DNA from: a virus
Direction: 5' to 3' (one strand)
IMG/VR virus record: IMGVR_UViG_3300044634_004833
Location: 1-64,000 of that record
Length of the DNA: 64,000 nucleotides
The notes below the pieces were generated by a model, which saw only the letters and a list, made by a program, of their open reading frames with translations, had not been told where the DNA came from and did no database searches. Below, piece after piece: positions 38,105 to 48,400 of the stretch. A program made the position numbers and the translations under genes. Positions within the stretch are counted from its first letter, which is position 1, and each line of letters opens with the position of its first letter.

Positions 38105-39054
38105 ATTATTATGAGATTCTTGGCCTTGACCGCAGTTGCAGCCAAGAAGAAATAGAAAAAAATTACAGGAAGAAAGCTCTTGAGCATCATCCGGATAGAA
38201 ATCCGGGTGATGCTTCTGCACATCAAAAGTTTTTAGAAGTTCAAGAAGCTTATGATGTTTTAAAAGATAAGTCCAAAAAAATAAATTACGATAATAATTT
38301 AAATGGATTTAATGACCAGCCTATTGGCAACATGTTTGAGCAAGAAAATTTAGATATTAAAATTTCTATTACGTTTACAATTTCTGATACTATTTTTGGA
38401 AAACAAAAAAGCTTAAAGTTATCTAGAGCCAATCCATGTGATGTTTGTAGCGGAAAAGGCTACAAAACTTTTGATTTTTGCAAGCAGTGTAATGGTTCTG
38501 GTTCTGTTGTTACAATGCCCAATCCATTTTTTAATTTTAGAACTTTATGTGGCAAATGTGTAGGCAAAGGAAGAATACCAAAAGATAGTTGCAATTCTTG
38601 TTTAGGACAAAGATACAAGCAAATGCCAGAAGAAGAAATTTCTTATACCATTCCTAAAGGATTGATGGACGGCATGGGCCTGTGTTTAAAAGGCATGGGA
38701 AATTTTGGTGTTTCTGGTCATGTAGGAAATTTGTTCTTAGATTGCAGAATAGAACATGATAATAATTATAAAGTTGATAATTTGAATTTGATATCTACAA
38801 AAAAGATTAAATATAGCACTTTGGTTTTCGGAGGCAAAATAGAAGTACCAACTCCAGATGGAGATATTATAGTTGTTGATATACCAGCAAGCACAGAGTG
38901 TTTAACAAAGTTTACTGTTAAAAATAAAGGATTATATGATATTAAAGATACGAAAAAAAGAGGAGATCTCATAGTTTCAACAGTTGTTGCTTTGCCGAGC
39001 AAAGTAGAAAATGCAGAAGCATTAAAAACTATTTTAGAATTGCATGGAATTTAA
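38101..39054 (+). CDS. dnaJ: DnaJ chaperone
   Basis: YYEILG, HPD, four CxxCxGx(G) repeats, C-terminal domain. Confidence 0.92.
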   Translation: MNYYEILGLDRSCSQEEIEKNYRKKALEHHPDRNPGDASAHQKFLEVQEAYDVLKDKSKKINYDNNLNGFNDQPIGNMFEQENLDIKISITFTISDTIFGKQKSLKLSRANPCDVCSGKGYKTFDFCKQCNGSGSVVTMPNPFFNFRTLCGKCVGKGRIPKDSCNSCLGQRYKQMPEEEISYTIPKGLMDGMGLCLKGMGNFGVSGHVGNLFLDCRIEHDNNYKVDNLNLISTKKIKYSTLVFGGKIEVPTPDGDIIVVDIPASTECLTKFTVKNKGLYDIKDTKKRGDLIVSTVVALPSKVENAEALKTILELHGI

Positions 39055-39524
39055 AAGGCAACGCCAGGACCTGGCGTATTTTTTATTTTATATTGATTTT
39101 TCAAAGCATCATCCCCTGTAAATCTAGATTTGCAGGATGATACTCTAGATGTATTTAAAGTTTTATCTTTTGGATTTCTATCAAAAGTTATTTCAATTTC
39201 TGTTAAATTTGGAATAAAAGGTTTATCTCCAGAAATTCTTTCATATTGATCTCTTGTTAAATATATTCTTGTTTTTTCTTTATCATCTAATATAACTGTT
39301 ATTGGATTTCTTTTAAAAAATAAATATTTTACTTTGGCTGTTTTTTTTATTTGCGGAACATTCATTCCATTATTTGCCATCATATCAAGACTGGGCAAAA
39401 AAGCACTGTGACCAGAAAGCGATTTGGTTTCATCTCCTTCGCTTCCTGTTTGGTCTGATGTCAGCAAGGAACCGGCACCAACAAATTCCATGAATTCCTT
39501 AAATTTAATTTCAATTTTTTCCAT
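39051..39524 (-). CDS. hypothetical protein with CTS-like N-terminus (KFKEFME)
   Basis: 14-bp AT-rich divergent spacer upstream. Confidence 0.65.
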   Translation of the reverse strand: MEKIEIKFKEFMEFVGAGSLLTSDQTGSEGDETKSLSGHSAFLPSLDMMANNGMNVPQIKKTAKVKYLFFKRNPITVILDDKEKTRIYLTRDQYERISGDKPFIPNLTEIEITFDRNPKDKTLNTSRVSSCKSRFTGDDALKNQYKIKNTPGPGVAF

Positions 39525-39538
39525 ACTATAATATATGT

Positions 39539-39802
39539 ATGATAGAAGTTAAATCTATAAAGCCATTTTTAATTAATATCGATGAAAATCAAGAAATTAT
39601 TTATTTCATTCCAGAAACAAATACGTTGATTGGTTGCAAATTTACAAAGCAACAAGAGAAAGAAATTTTAGAAAAAATCCTTGCCGATATGCCTCCAGAA
39701 ACACCTGTAGTTCTAGATGAATCAATTTTAGAAGAGGCCATGTCAATAAAGGAAGATGCTCAGAAAAGACTAGATAAAATTAAGGAATTGTATGTCAACT
39801 GA
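39539..39802 (+). CDS. hypothetical protein
   Basis: 87-aa ORF. Confidence 0.6.
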   Translation: MIEVKSIKPFLINIDENQEIIYFIPETNTLIGCKFTKQQEKEILEKILADMPPETPVVLDESILEEAMSIKEDAQKRLDKIKELYVN

Positions 39803-40244
39803 AAACTTAAACTTCAAAGTATTTAATATTTCTTCTGCTTTAAATGGATTATCAGAAAGAGATAAAAAGTTAAGAGCAACTAATCCAACTACTTTGTTAT
39901 ATTTGGAAGATGTGTACAGATTAATTGAAATTAAAACAAGTAACATTGAATTGCAAAATGTTTTGAAAGAAGAAGCTAAAAAAATTCCATACAAAGCTCT
40001 TCCTAAATTTGTTTCAAGGCTTGATCATTTGGTTGGACTACGCCTGCGCCAAATGAATGTAGAAAAATATACTTCTGATAATTTAAACCCAGTAAAAGCT
40101 AATGAAGAAGCACCTATCACTTCCGAAGATCTGGTTTCAATCCAAGATAACTTGTATAATTCAATGAATCATAATGGAGATGAAGATGCTAAGCAGTCTG
40201 TGGAACAACCTGTTCAGGAAGAAACAAACAATAATTCCGAATAA
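39792..40244 (+). CDS. hypothetical protein
   Basis: 150-aa ORF. Confidence 0.6.
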   Translation: MSTENLNFKVFNISSALNGLSERDKKLRATNPTTLLYLEDVYRLIEIKTSNIELQNVLKEEAKKIPYKALPKFVSRLDHLVGLRLRQMNVEKYTSDNLNPVKANEEAPITSEDLVSIQDNLYNSMNHNGDEDAKQSVEQPVQEETNNNSE

Positions 40245-40683
40245 TTCATTAGAAATAAAATTAGTAGCAGATGTTCCAGAGATTTTGCCCACTAGACAAA
40301 CAAAAGGTGCTGCTGGATACGATATCAGGGCTAGAATAAAAGGTGGAAACTTTCCACTCTTGCCCTATATGCCAACAATTATTAGTTGTGGCTTTAAAAT
40401 AGAGCTTCCTGATGGCTATCATGCCAAAATATGTCAAAGAAGCTCTATGGGCAAAAAAGGAGTTATAATTCCTAACTCTCCTGGAATTGTAGATTCAGAT
40501 TATCGTGGTTATGTTTCTGTAATATTATTAAACTTAAATTCTGAAGTTGTTCAAATTAAAAATGGAGAAAGAATAGCACAAATGCTTATTGAAAAAAATA
40601 TAGATGCTAGTTGGATTTTGGTTGAAAGCTTGAACGAAACCCAGAGAGGTGCTGGCGGATTTGGCAGCACTAAGGAGATTTAG
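40174..40683 (+). CDS. dut: trimeric dUTPase
   Basis: AGYD, RSS, G.VDSDYRG, ERIAQ, RG.GGFGST. Confidence 0.95.
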   Translation: MEMKMLSSLWNNLFRKKQTIIPNNSLEIKLVADVPEILPTRQTKGAAGYDIRARIKGGNFPLLPYMPTIISCGFKIELPDGYHAKICQRSSMGKKGVIIPNSPGIVDSDYRGYVSVILLNLNSEVVQIKNGERIAQMLIEKNIDASWILVESLNETQRGAGGFGSTKEI

Positions 40684-40684
40684 A

Positions 40685-40897
40685 ATGAAAATTTATTTAT
40701 GCATTACAGTTGGTCAAGAAATAAATGGCAAAAATGCCGTTGTTAAAGTTGATAAAGCATCTTTGAAAAAAGAAGATATTGATCAATATGTTTCAAAATC
40801 TCAAACAACATGGGTTGAAAAAATAGAAGTTCCCGGCGGAAAAGTTGATTTCTTCTGTGAAAGACACATACAAGAAGTTGAGGTTGAAAATGAATAA
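40685..40897 (+). CDS. small hypothetical protein
   Basis: AAGGAG SD before ATG 40685. Confidence 0.6.
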   Translation: MKIYLCITVGQEINGKNAVVKVDKASLKKEDIDQYVSKSQTTWVEKIEVPGGKVDFFCERHIQEVEVENE

Positions 40898-41624
40898 TAA
40901 ATATATGCATAACCCGTTGGAAGGAAATAAACCCGAACTTGTTATAGATTTAGAGAAAAGTGTCGGAGTTCCAGTAAGCATAATTATTATACATAAAGAT
41001 AGACCAGAATATTTAAATATTTTGCTACAAAGCATTGTTGTTTGTTCACAAAATTCTAGTTATGAAATTATTGTTGTAGATAATGGATCAGCAAGAGAAA
41101 CACAAGATTTCCTAACAGATATACAAAAAGAAGTTAAAGTTATTAGGAATTTAAAAAATCAATACTGGTCCGCTGCAGCCAATCATGGCACAAGAGCGGC
41201 AGATCCTAGGTCTAAATATTTTATTTTCCTTCATTCTGATGTTGTGATATTAAATCCATCATGGATAGATTTATTAATTTCTGTTGCAGAATCGAATAAT
41301 TCTGGAATGGTTGGGATTGAAACAGCATCTTATGTTGTTGGAAATCAAAAAGTAGATTTTATAAGCGAATGGTGCATGCTTATAAGTCGTGACGCTTTTG
41401 AAAAAATAGGACCTTGGCCCGAAATTCTTCCACTGGTTGGCAATTCATTCATTATGACAGTAAAAGCTCAAATTGAAAAAATAAAACCACAAGTAATGAA
41501 AAATATTATTGCACATCACTATAAGATATTTGGCGTAAATAGCAATGAATATGAAGAAATCACAGAAAAAGCCACTGCGATGATTCCTAAAATTTATCAA
41601 CAAGTTCAAGCAACGGAGTTATAG
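40890..41624 (+). CDS. GT2 glycosyltransferase
   Basis: VSIII, YEIIVVDNGS, AAN.G, FLHSD. Confidence 0.85.
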   Translation: MNNKYMHNPLEGNKPELVIDLEKSVGVPVSIIIIHKDRPEYLNILLQSIVVCSQNSSYEIIVVDNGSARETQDFLTDIQKEVKVIRNLKNQYWSAAANHGTRAADPRSKYFIFLHSDVVILNPSWIDLLISVAESNNSGMVGIETASYVVGNQKVDFISEWCMLISRDAFEKIGPWPEILPLVGNSFIMTVKAQIEKIKPQVMKNIIAHHYKIFGVNSNEYEEITEKATAMIPKIYQQVQATEL

Positions 41625-41634
41625 ATAGATTACC

Positions 41635-42330
41635 ATGAGAAAAAATAAAAGAATATCAAAAAAAGACAACACCGAAATAATTTCAACAAATGTTGCCCCA
41701 AAAAAGAAGGCTGGAAGTTTTCATTTTGAATTCTTAAACGCCCAGCAAAGAAAAGCATGGGAAACTATTGAACAAAATGAAATTACATTCCTAATAGGAC
41801 CCGCTGGTTCTGCTAAAAGCTTCATTAGTTCAGCATATGCTTGTTCTTCTATCCTAACCAAAAGACAGCAGAAAATACTTCTTACAAGACCTATTGTTGA
41901 AAGTTCGAGAGGCCTCGGATTTTTGCCTGGAACGTTCGAAGAAAAGGTGAATCCATATATAACACCTATTTACGATGCTCTTGATGAATTAGTTGGTCCA
42001 GTTGGATTCCAAAGAGAAATAGTAAACAAATGCATTCAAATTAGACCTTTGAATTATTTAAGAGGATGTAATTTTAATGATGCTATTTGTTTGATGGACG
42101 AAGCTCAAAATAATAATTTTAAAGAATTAATGTTATACATTACAAGGCTTGCTAAGAATAGCAAGATGATTATAAATGGCGATCCTAATCAATGTGACAT
42201 ATCAGACAGTGCGTTGATGGATGTGGTGAAAAGATTAGAAGGTCTGCCCGGCATTGGGATAGTAAAATTTGATGCTTCTGCAATTGTAAGAAATCCTCTA
42301 ATATCAAGCATACTAGAAAGACTATCCTAG
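41635..42330 (+). CDS. phoH: PhoH-family ATPase
   Basis: GPAGSAKS, LTRP, LGFLPG, LRG, DEAQN, GD..Q.D, VRNP. Confidence 0.93.
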   Translation: MRKNKRISKKDNTEIISTNVAPKKKAGSFHFEFLNAQQRKAWETIEQNEITFLIGPAGSAKSFISSAYACSSILTKRQQKILLTRPIVESSRGLGFLPGTFEEKVNPYITPIYDALDELVGPVGFQREIVNKCIQIRPLNYLRGCNFNDAICLMDEAQNNNFKELMLYITRLAKNSKMIINGDPNQCDISDSALMDVVKRLEGLPGIGIVKFDASAIVRNPLISSILERLS

Positions 42331-42339
42331 TGGAGAAGA

Positions 42340-45300
42340 ATGTCAGTTACAATCGATCCTTACTATAGCGGCTCTTATACTGTAACCCAAATAGCAAATC
42401 CCGGTGGATATTGCCCAATTTATGATTATTCAAATACTAATAGAATTCTTATTGGAACAAGTAAGGGTTTTGATCTTGTCGAATTAATAAGAGATTCTAT
42501 AACAAAAAAAATTACTGGCATATCAGCAACTGGTAGAATTAGTAATTATATTAGCACACCGAAAGGTCAATACCCTTCCTATGGAAGCGCATATCTTGAT
42601 GACTATACTTTAATTTATACAGACCTTCAGGGTTATGTTTGTCAAGTAAAACCTGGCGATACCGTAGTTGGCAAAAGGGATAAGGACATATACATAAAAA
42701 CAGGTGTCTTGGACATGCCAATGTCATATTTCACAGAACCTGACACAGGAAAAATTCTTGCAACGGTAGGAACCGATAATCAAGCAGGGCTCGGACAAGG
42801 AACTGTTTATTTTTTTATTGGCGAGTATAAAAATTCATATAACTATCCTCCTTATAAAGACATTATTTTGAATAATACCGGAGAAAGAATGTCTGGGGTA
42901 GAACGTGGCAGCAGAGGAATGGTAATAGTTCCTTTGACATCGGCTTTGTTTCCAAACAAATCTTTTCTTATTATAGAAAGTGGGTTTAATGTATATTCAT
43001 GCGAATATGATTCAAATTTAAAGCCAATACCATCTACCAAGAGGCGTTTTTGTAGCACTCCTGTAGTAGGATCTATACCCCCAAGATTTCGTGGTGGATT
43101 TATTGACCCGGTAACAAATGACTTTGTTTTATTCTGGTCCAACTATACTTACATTATTTCTGGATTTGCGGCTCCTACACAACAAGAAGTGATTCCGCCA
43201 AATACTAATTGTTATTCTGCTGGTGACAATAGCCAAGGTTCTTTTGGATTATTAAACAATATAACGCCTTTGTATTATTTTACAAAAATCGGCAGAGACA
43301 AGAGCATTTATTCAGCTAAGGCTGGGCAAAATTTTTCTGTCATACTTCAAGAAGATGGTAAGTTATTTGGCACTGGATTGAATGATCAAGGGCAGCTTGG
43401 CAATCCTTCTGTATCTTTAAGTCTTAAATTCATTCAAATTGGAGTGGATTCTGACTGGAGTGATTTGGCAGTAGGCGGCAGCCATATTATAGCATTGAAA
43501 TCTAATGGGGATATGTATGGTTGTGGTTCAAATAGTTCTGGACAACTTGGACAAGTTGTTACAACTACAAAAGTAAATTCGCTAACAAAACTTAACAATA
43601 CTAAATGGAGTAAAATTTCTTCTTTCAATAATTTTACTTTTGGAATAGCTTCTGATGGAACGTTGTGGTCAACTGGGGACAACTCAAAGGGACAGCTTGG
43701 AAGAGGAACAAAAGTAAATTCTTATCTGTTTAGACAAATAGGTACAGATACTGATTGGGTTGATGTATCATGTGGATATGATTTTACATATGCAATAAAA
43801 AGCAGTGGAGAAGCTTATGCTGTTGGAAATAATGAATATGGTCAATTAGGAATTGGCAATACATTTGATCAATTAGTATTTACAAAAACAGGATTTGATA
43901 AAAATGGAGGAGTTACTAAATTTAGAAAAGTATCAGCAGGAACGACCCATGCTATGGGATTAACGAAAAACAATCTGATGTATGGTGTTGGATACAATCT
44001 TTATGGAGAATTAGGATTAGGAGATAAGGTTTTTCGAGAGTATTTTACTAAAATAGGAACAGATGTTTGGTCGGAAGTATCTGCTGGATCGGGATATACT
44101 TTAGCCATAAAATCAGATTCTACATTATGGGGAACTGGTTCTAATTATTTGGGGGTTATTGGTCTAGGCTCTGTATCTTCTCCTACTAAAGATATTAACT
44201 ACACAAGCTTTACACAAATTTTATTACAATCAGTTAATTCGCAGCCTTCTTGGCTTAGAGTGTTTGGTTCTTATGACCAATCAATTGCTTTGACAACTTA
44301 TAGTTTAACATCTAGTACCACAACTACATCTACGACTAGCACATCTACTACTAGTACATCTACTACTAGTACGACTAGTACATCTACTACTAGTACGACT
44401 AGTACATCTACTACTAGTACATCTCCAATACCTAATTATGCTTTTTATGGCGGGTATTATGTAGCTGGCTCAAGAGATAGCAGAGGTAATTTTGCAGGAA
44501 CTAACATAACAGATAAATTAAACTTTTTTTATGAAATTACATATAGGTCTACTGTATCAGATATTTCATATAATACTGATAGGCTTTTTGGTATGTCAGA
44601 TATGACAACAACTGGGTATGTTGCTGGGGGATATACAACTGATGTGTATGATTCTTTTTCAAGTACAATATCAAAAATAAACTATGCAACAGATGTTGCA
44701 AGCTTAGATTCTGCAACTCTTATGCAGGGCAGGTACTATGGCGCTGCTATAACCGATGCAGATAGCAATAGGGGTTATATTAGCGGTGGATATACTTCTT
44801 CTTCATCTGTTAATTCTACAGAAATATTTGATTTTTCAACAGACGTAGTAAGCAGTAATACTAATTCCAATTTATCATCGGCAAGATCTATAATGGCTTC
44901 TTTTAGTGATTCTAGCGCAAAAGGATTTTATTTAGGAGGAATAAGTGGCAATTTAAATAATTCAAATTATAGTATTTTGTCTATTGTCGATAAAATTTAT
45001 TTTCCAACAAATACTACATCTGTATCTTCTATAACACTATCAAATAGTACTTTTGGTGCAGTTGGATTGTTTTCATCTTATTCTTATGGTTATTATGTAG
45101 GAGGATATAGCACTGTAGCATCTCAATCTGTTTCAAGGTTAAATTTTGTTGTAGAAGTACTTGAATCTCTTAGCCCTGCGTCTATTAGTTTAATATCAAT
45201 TAATAGTGCATCTTTAAGTCTTACATACATAAAAGGATTTGTAAGTGGCGGCAGACTCAAAGTAAATGATGCCACTTCAAATGCAACTACAAATATAACT

Positions 45301-45414
45301 TATAGAATTCTTTTTGCTATACCTGAATCTGTAGCGGTTGCCTCTGCGGCAAGTCTTTCAGAAGCTAGGTGGGGACTTGCTGGAGTTTCTTATTCTGCTG
45401 ATGCTAAATGCTAA
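42340..45414 (+). CDS. multi-propeller protein (N-module + RCC1 repeats + Thr/Ser linker + kelch-like repeats), putative virion fibre or adhesin
   Basis: G.N..GQLG RCC1 repeats, STTS linker, GY..GG repeats. Confidence 0.8.
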   Translation: MSVTIDPYYSGSYTVTQIANPGGYCPIYDYSNTNRILIGTSKGFDLVELIRDSITKKITGISATGRISNYISTPKGQYPSYGSAYLDDYTLIYTDLQGYVCQVKPGDTVVGKRDKDIYIKTGVLDMPMSYFTEPDTGKILATVGTDNQAGLGQGTVYFFIGEYKNSYNYPPYKDIILNNTGERMSGVERGSRGMVIVPLTSALFPNKSFLIIESGFNVYSCEYDSNLKPIPSTKRRFCSTPVVGSIPPRFRGGFIDPVTNDFVLFWSNYTYIISGFAAPTQQEVIPPNTNCYSAGDNSQGSFGLLNNITPLYYFTKIGRDKSIYSAKAGQNFSVILQEDGKLFGTGLNDQGQLGNPSVSLSLKFIQIGVDSDWSDLAVGGSHIIALKSNGDMYGCGSNSSGQLGQVVTTTKVNSLTKLNNTKWSKISSFNNFTFGIASDGTLWSTGDNSKGQLGRGTKVNSYLFRQIGTDTDWVDVSCGYDFTYAIKSSGEAYAVGNNEYGQLGIGNTFDQLVFTKTGFDKNGGVTKFRKVSAGTTHAMGLTKNNLMYGVGYNLYGELGLGDKVFREYFTKIGTDVWSEVSAGSGYTLAIKSDSTLWGTGSNYLGVIGLGSVSSPTKDINYTSFTQILLQSVNSQPSWLRVFGSYDQSIALTTYSLTSSTTTTSTTSTSTTSTSTTSTTSTSTTSTTSTSTTSTSPIPNYAFYGGYYVAGSRDSRGNFAGTNITDKLNFFYEITYRSTVSDISYNTDRLFGMSDMTTTGYVAGGYTTDVYDSFSSTISKINYATDVASLDSATLMQGRYYGAAITDADSNRGYISGGYTSSSSVNSTEIFDFSTDVVSSNTNSNLSSARSIMASFSDSSAKGFYLGGISGNLNNSNYSILSIVDKIYFPTNTTSVSSITLSNSTFGAVGLFSSYSYGYYVGGYSTVASQSVSRLNFVVEVLESLSPASISLISINSASLSLTYIKGFVSGGRLKVNDATSNATTNITYRILFAIPESVAVASAASLSEARWGLAGVSYSADAKC
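44308..44424 (+). repeat. tandem repeat encoding the Thr/Ser linker
   Basis: iterated ACTAGTACATCTACT and ACTAGTACG units. Confidence 0.85.
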
Positions 45415-45466
45415 TGTTTTGCTATTAAAAAAGATATATATTATGTATTCTTAAGAAAGACATTAA

Positions 45467-48400
45467 ATGGCAACAGGTTATCTTTACTCTTTTGGTGCAA
45501 ATAATCACGGACAGCTTGGTTATGGAACCTTTAGTAATAATTCTTATAGTTTTCCAGCAATTGTAGGAACTAATTACAATTGGACTGAAATATCAGGTGG
45601 TCATCAGTGCGCCTTTGCGATAAACACAGCAGGCGAGATGTATTCTTGGGGATATGCTGGAGGCGGTCTTGCTTTAGGGACTGGGGCAACAACTGATCAA
45701 TCTTCCCCTGTTAGAATTGGCACTAGTTTATGGTCAAAAGTTTCCGCTTTGGGAAGAATAGGCGGAACAAATGCTTTTGCTATTAGGAATGATGGAAAGC
45801 TTTACTTCTGGGGCTCTCTTGCAATAAGTCCTGCAAAGAACGCAACAACTCCCACACTTTTAGATGCTTCCACAAATTGGTCTGTTATTTCTTCAGGAAT
45901 GGGTTTTGGATTTGCAATTAAAAGCGATGGAACTTTGTGGAGTATTGGAACAAATCAATATGGGCAATTAGGACTTGGAGACACAACACAAAGAACAACA
46001 CTTACCAGAGTGGGTTCTGATAGTGATTGGGCTTATGTTAACTGTGGAGATGCTCATACAATTGCCATCAAGACAGATGGAAGAGTTTATGGCTGTGGTC
46101 AAAATTATTATGGGCAACTTGGACAAGGAAATGCAACAAATTTATCTGTTCTAACACAGATTGGAACCAATACATGGTGGTCTAAAATTTATGCTGGAGA
46201 GCATTCAACTTTATTATTAAAGAATGATGGAACAATATGGGGAACTGGAGCTGAATCAGATTCTATTTTTGGATATGCTGCATCTACAAATAAATTAAAT
46301 TTATTTCAATGTATAAAACTTGGTGGTAGTTGGTCAAGGTTGGCTCTTGGACATTTGTTTGGAATTGGACTGAAAACTGATGGAACATTGTGGGGATGGG
46401 GATTCCAGCCAGCAGGTTATTCAATAACTCCATCTAAAACAACCGCATATACAGATTATGTTGATATTACAGCGGCAAATAACGCAGGATATATTTTAAA
46501 AACGAGTGCAATACCAACAACAACTTCCACAACAACAACTTCCACAACAACAACTTCCACAACATCTACAACATCTACAAGTACTACAAGCACATCTACT
46601 ACATCTACTACTACGACGACTACAACAACTTTGCCACCTTTGTTAACATGGGCTCAGAGAACGAGGCCGTCAAATTCAGTTACTTCTTCAAGTTTTGACA
46701 CAACAGTTCAAAATTTTGTTCTTGTTGGCAATAGCACATATGGTATTCTTACTCCAAATGGCATAGCCTATTCGACAGTAAGTCTTTTAAATAATTTAAA
46801 TTGGACAAATGTTGAGTTTGGAAATGGAATATTTTTTGCAATATCATCTCCTGGAACTTCATTTTCTAAATCAAATGATGGAGGAAGCACTTGGATAAAT
46901 GTCCCCTCTCCAAACACATCATATCAATATTCTGCTTTAACTTATGGAGCAGGCAAGTTTGTCACATTGGCAAAAAACACAAATATTGCGTACTACACAA
47001 CAAATAATGGAGTTAGTTGGGCACAGTCTACTTTACCATATAGTGCAAATTGGAAAAGCATAGCCTATGGCAACAATTCTTTTTTAGCGGTTGATGACAC
47101 AAACTTATTTGCATTAAGTACAGATAATGGCCTTACATGGTCTCAAGTAAATTCTTATACAAACGGAACGTGGTCTGAAATAACATTTAAAAGCGGTTAT
47201 TTTGTTGTAGTAGGAACTTCTTCAAATGTTAGTTTAAGAACATCAAATGGATACGATTGGATTCGTGGAACTCTTCCGGTGACTCAGGATTGGAATTCTG
47301 TTACTTCTTCTAATGATTTATATGTTGCCGTAGGAAACTCTGCAATAGCTGCGTCTTCTTATGATGGCTTAACATGGAGAACAGAAAATATGCCAGCTTC
47401 TGGAAACTGGATAACAGTTTCTTATGGTGGCGGTTTATATTTGGCATCTCAGGACTCTTCAACAATAGCAGCAACCGCTGGAACAGCTCCCACTACAACA
47501 ACAACTACTACTACAACTACAACAACTTCTACAACAAGTACAAGTACAACTTCTACCACAAGTACAAGCACAACTTCTACTACAACAACTTCTACCACCC
47601 CTATTCCAGCCCCGCTTATTTGGTACTTGGGTAGCCAGCCTTTAATAAGCAGTAGTGTTTGTGCATTTGGAAATGGATATTTTGTACTATTAGATAATGC
47701 TTCTTCTTCATCTTTGCGGACAACAAATGGTAATGTCGTATCGGTAACAAATACTAATACTAATCAAGGATGGAATGATTTATATTTCGCTGGTAGTTTT
47801 TTTGCAGTACCTGCTGGACCATCATCTGTATGGGAGACTTCTTCTGCTGGCGCTTCTTGGTCTACAATTTCATCTCCTAATTCTTTAGGAGAATTTAAAA
47901 GCATTGCCGCTGGAGGAGGTAAGTTTGTTGCTCCTCAATATAACTCTGGTAATTTTTATTATAGCTTGGATGGTGGTGCAACATGGAACTTAACTGTTAA
48001 TTCAATTTCTTCAAATTGGAAAAAAATTGCATATGGAAATGGAATATTTTTAGCATTATCAGATAATAATCCAGTTTGGTATAAAAGTACAGATGGAATT
48101 TCATGGGTGCAGGTTGTACAGGGAGATTTTACAACTTGGTCTGATTTAGTATTTGGAGGTGGTTATTTTTACGCCTTATCGTCTGCTGGAAAAGTTGCAT
48201 CAACCACAGATGGTATTAGTTTTTATTCTACAAATTTACCAAGCTCAGGAAATTGGTCATCTTTAACTGTAGGCGAAGACATAATAGCTGCAGTTGCAAG
48301 CGGATCTGAAACAAAAACTTCCTTTGGATACATTTCTAGTTTGCCGCAGTGGTCAACAGCCTTGATGCCTGTTTCTGGTGATTGGCGATTTGTTGAATAT

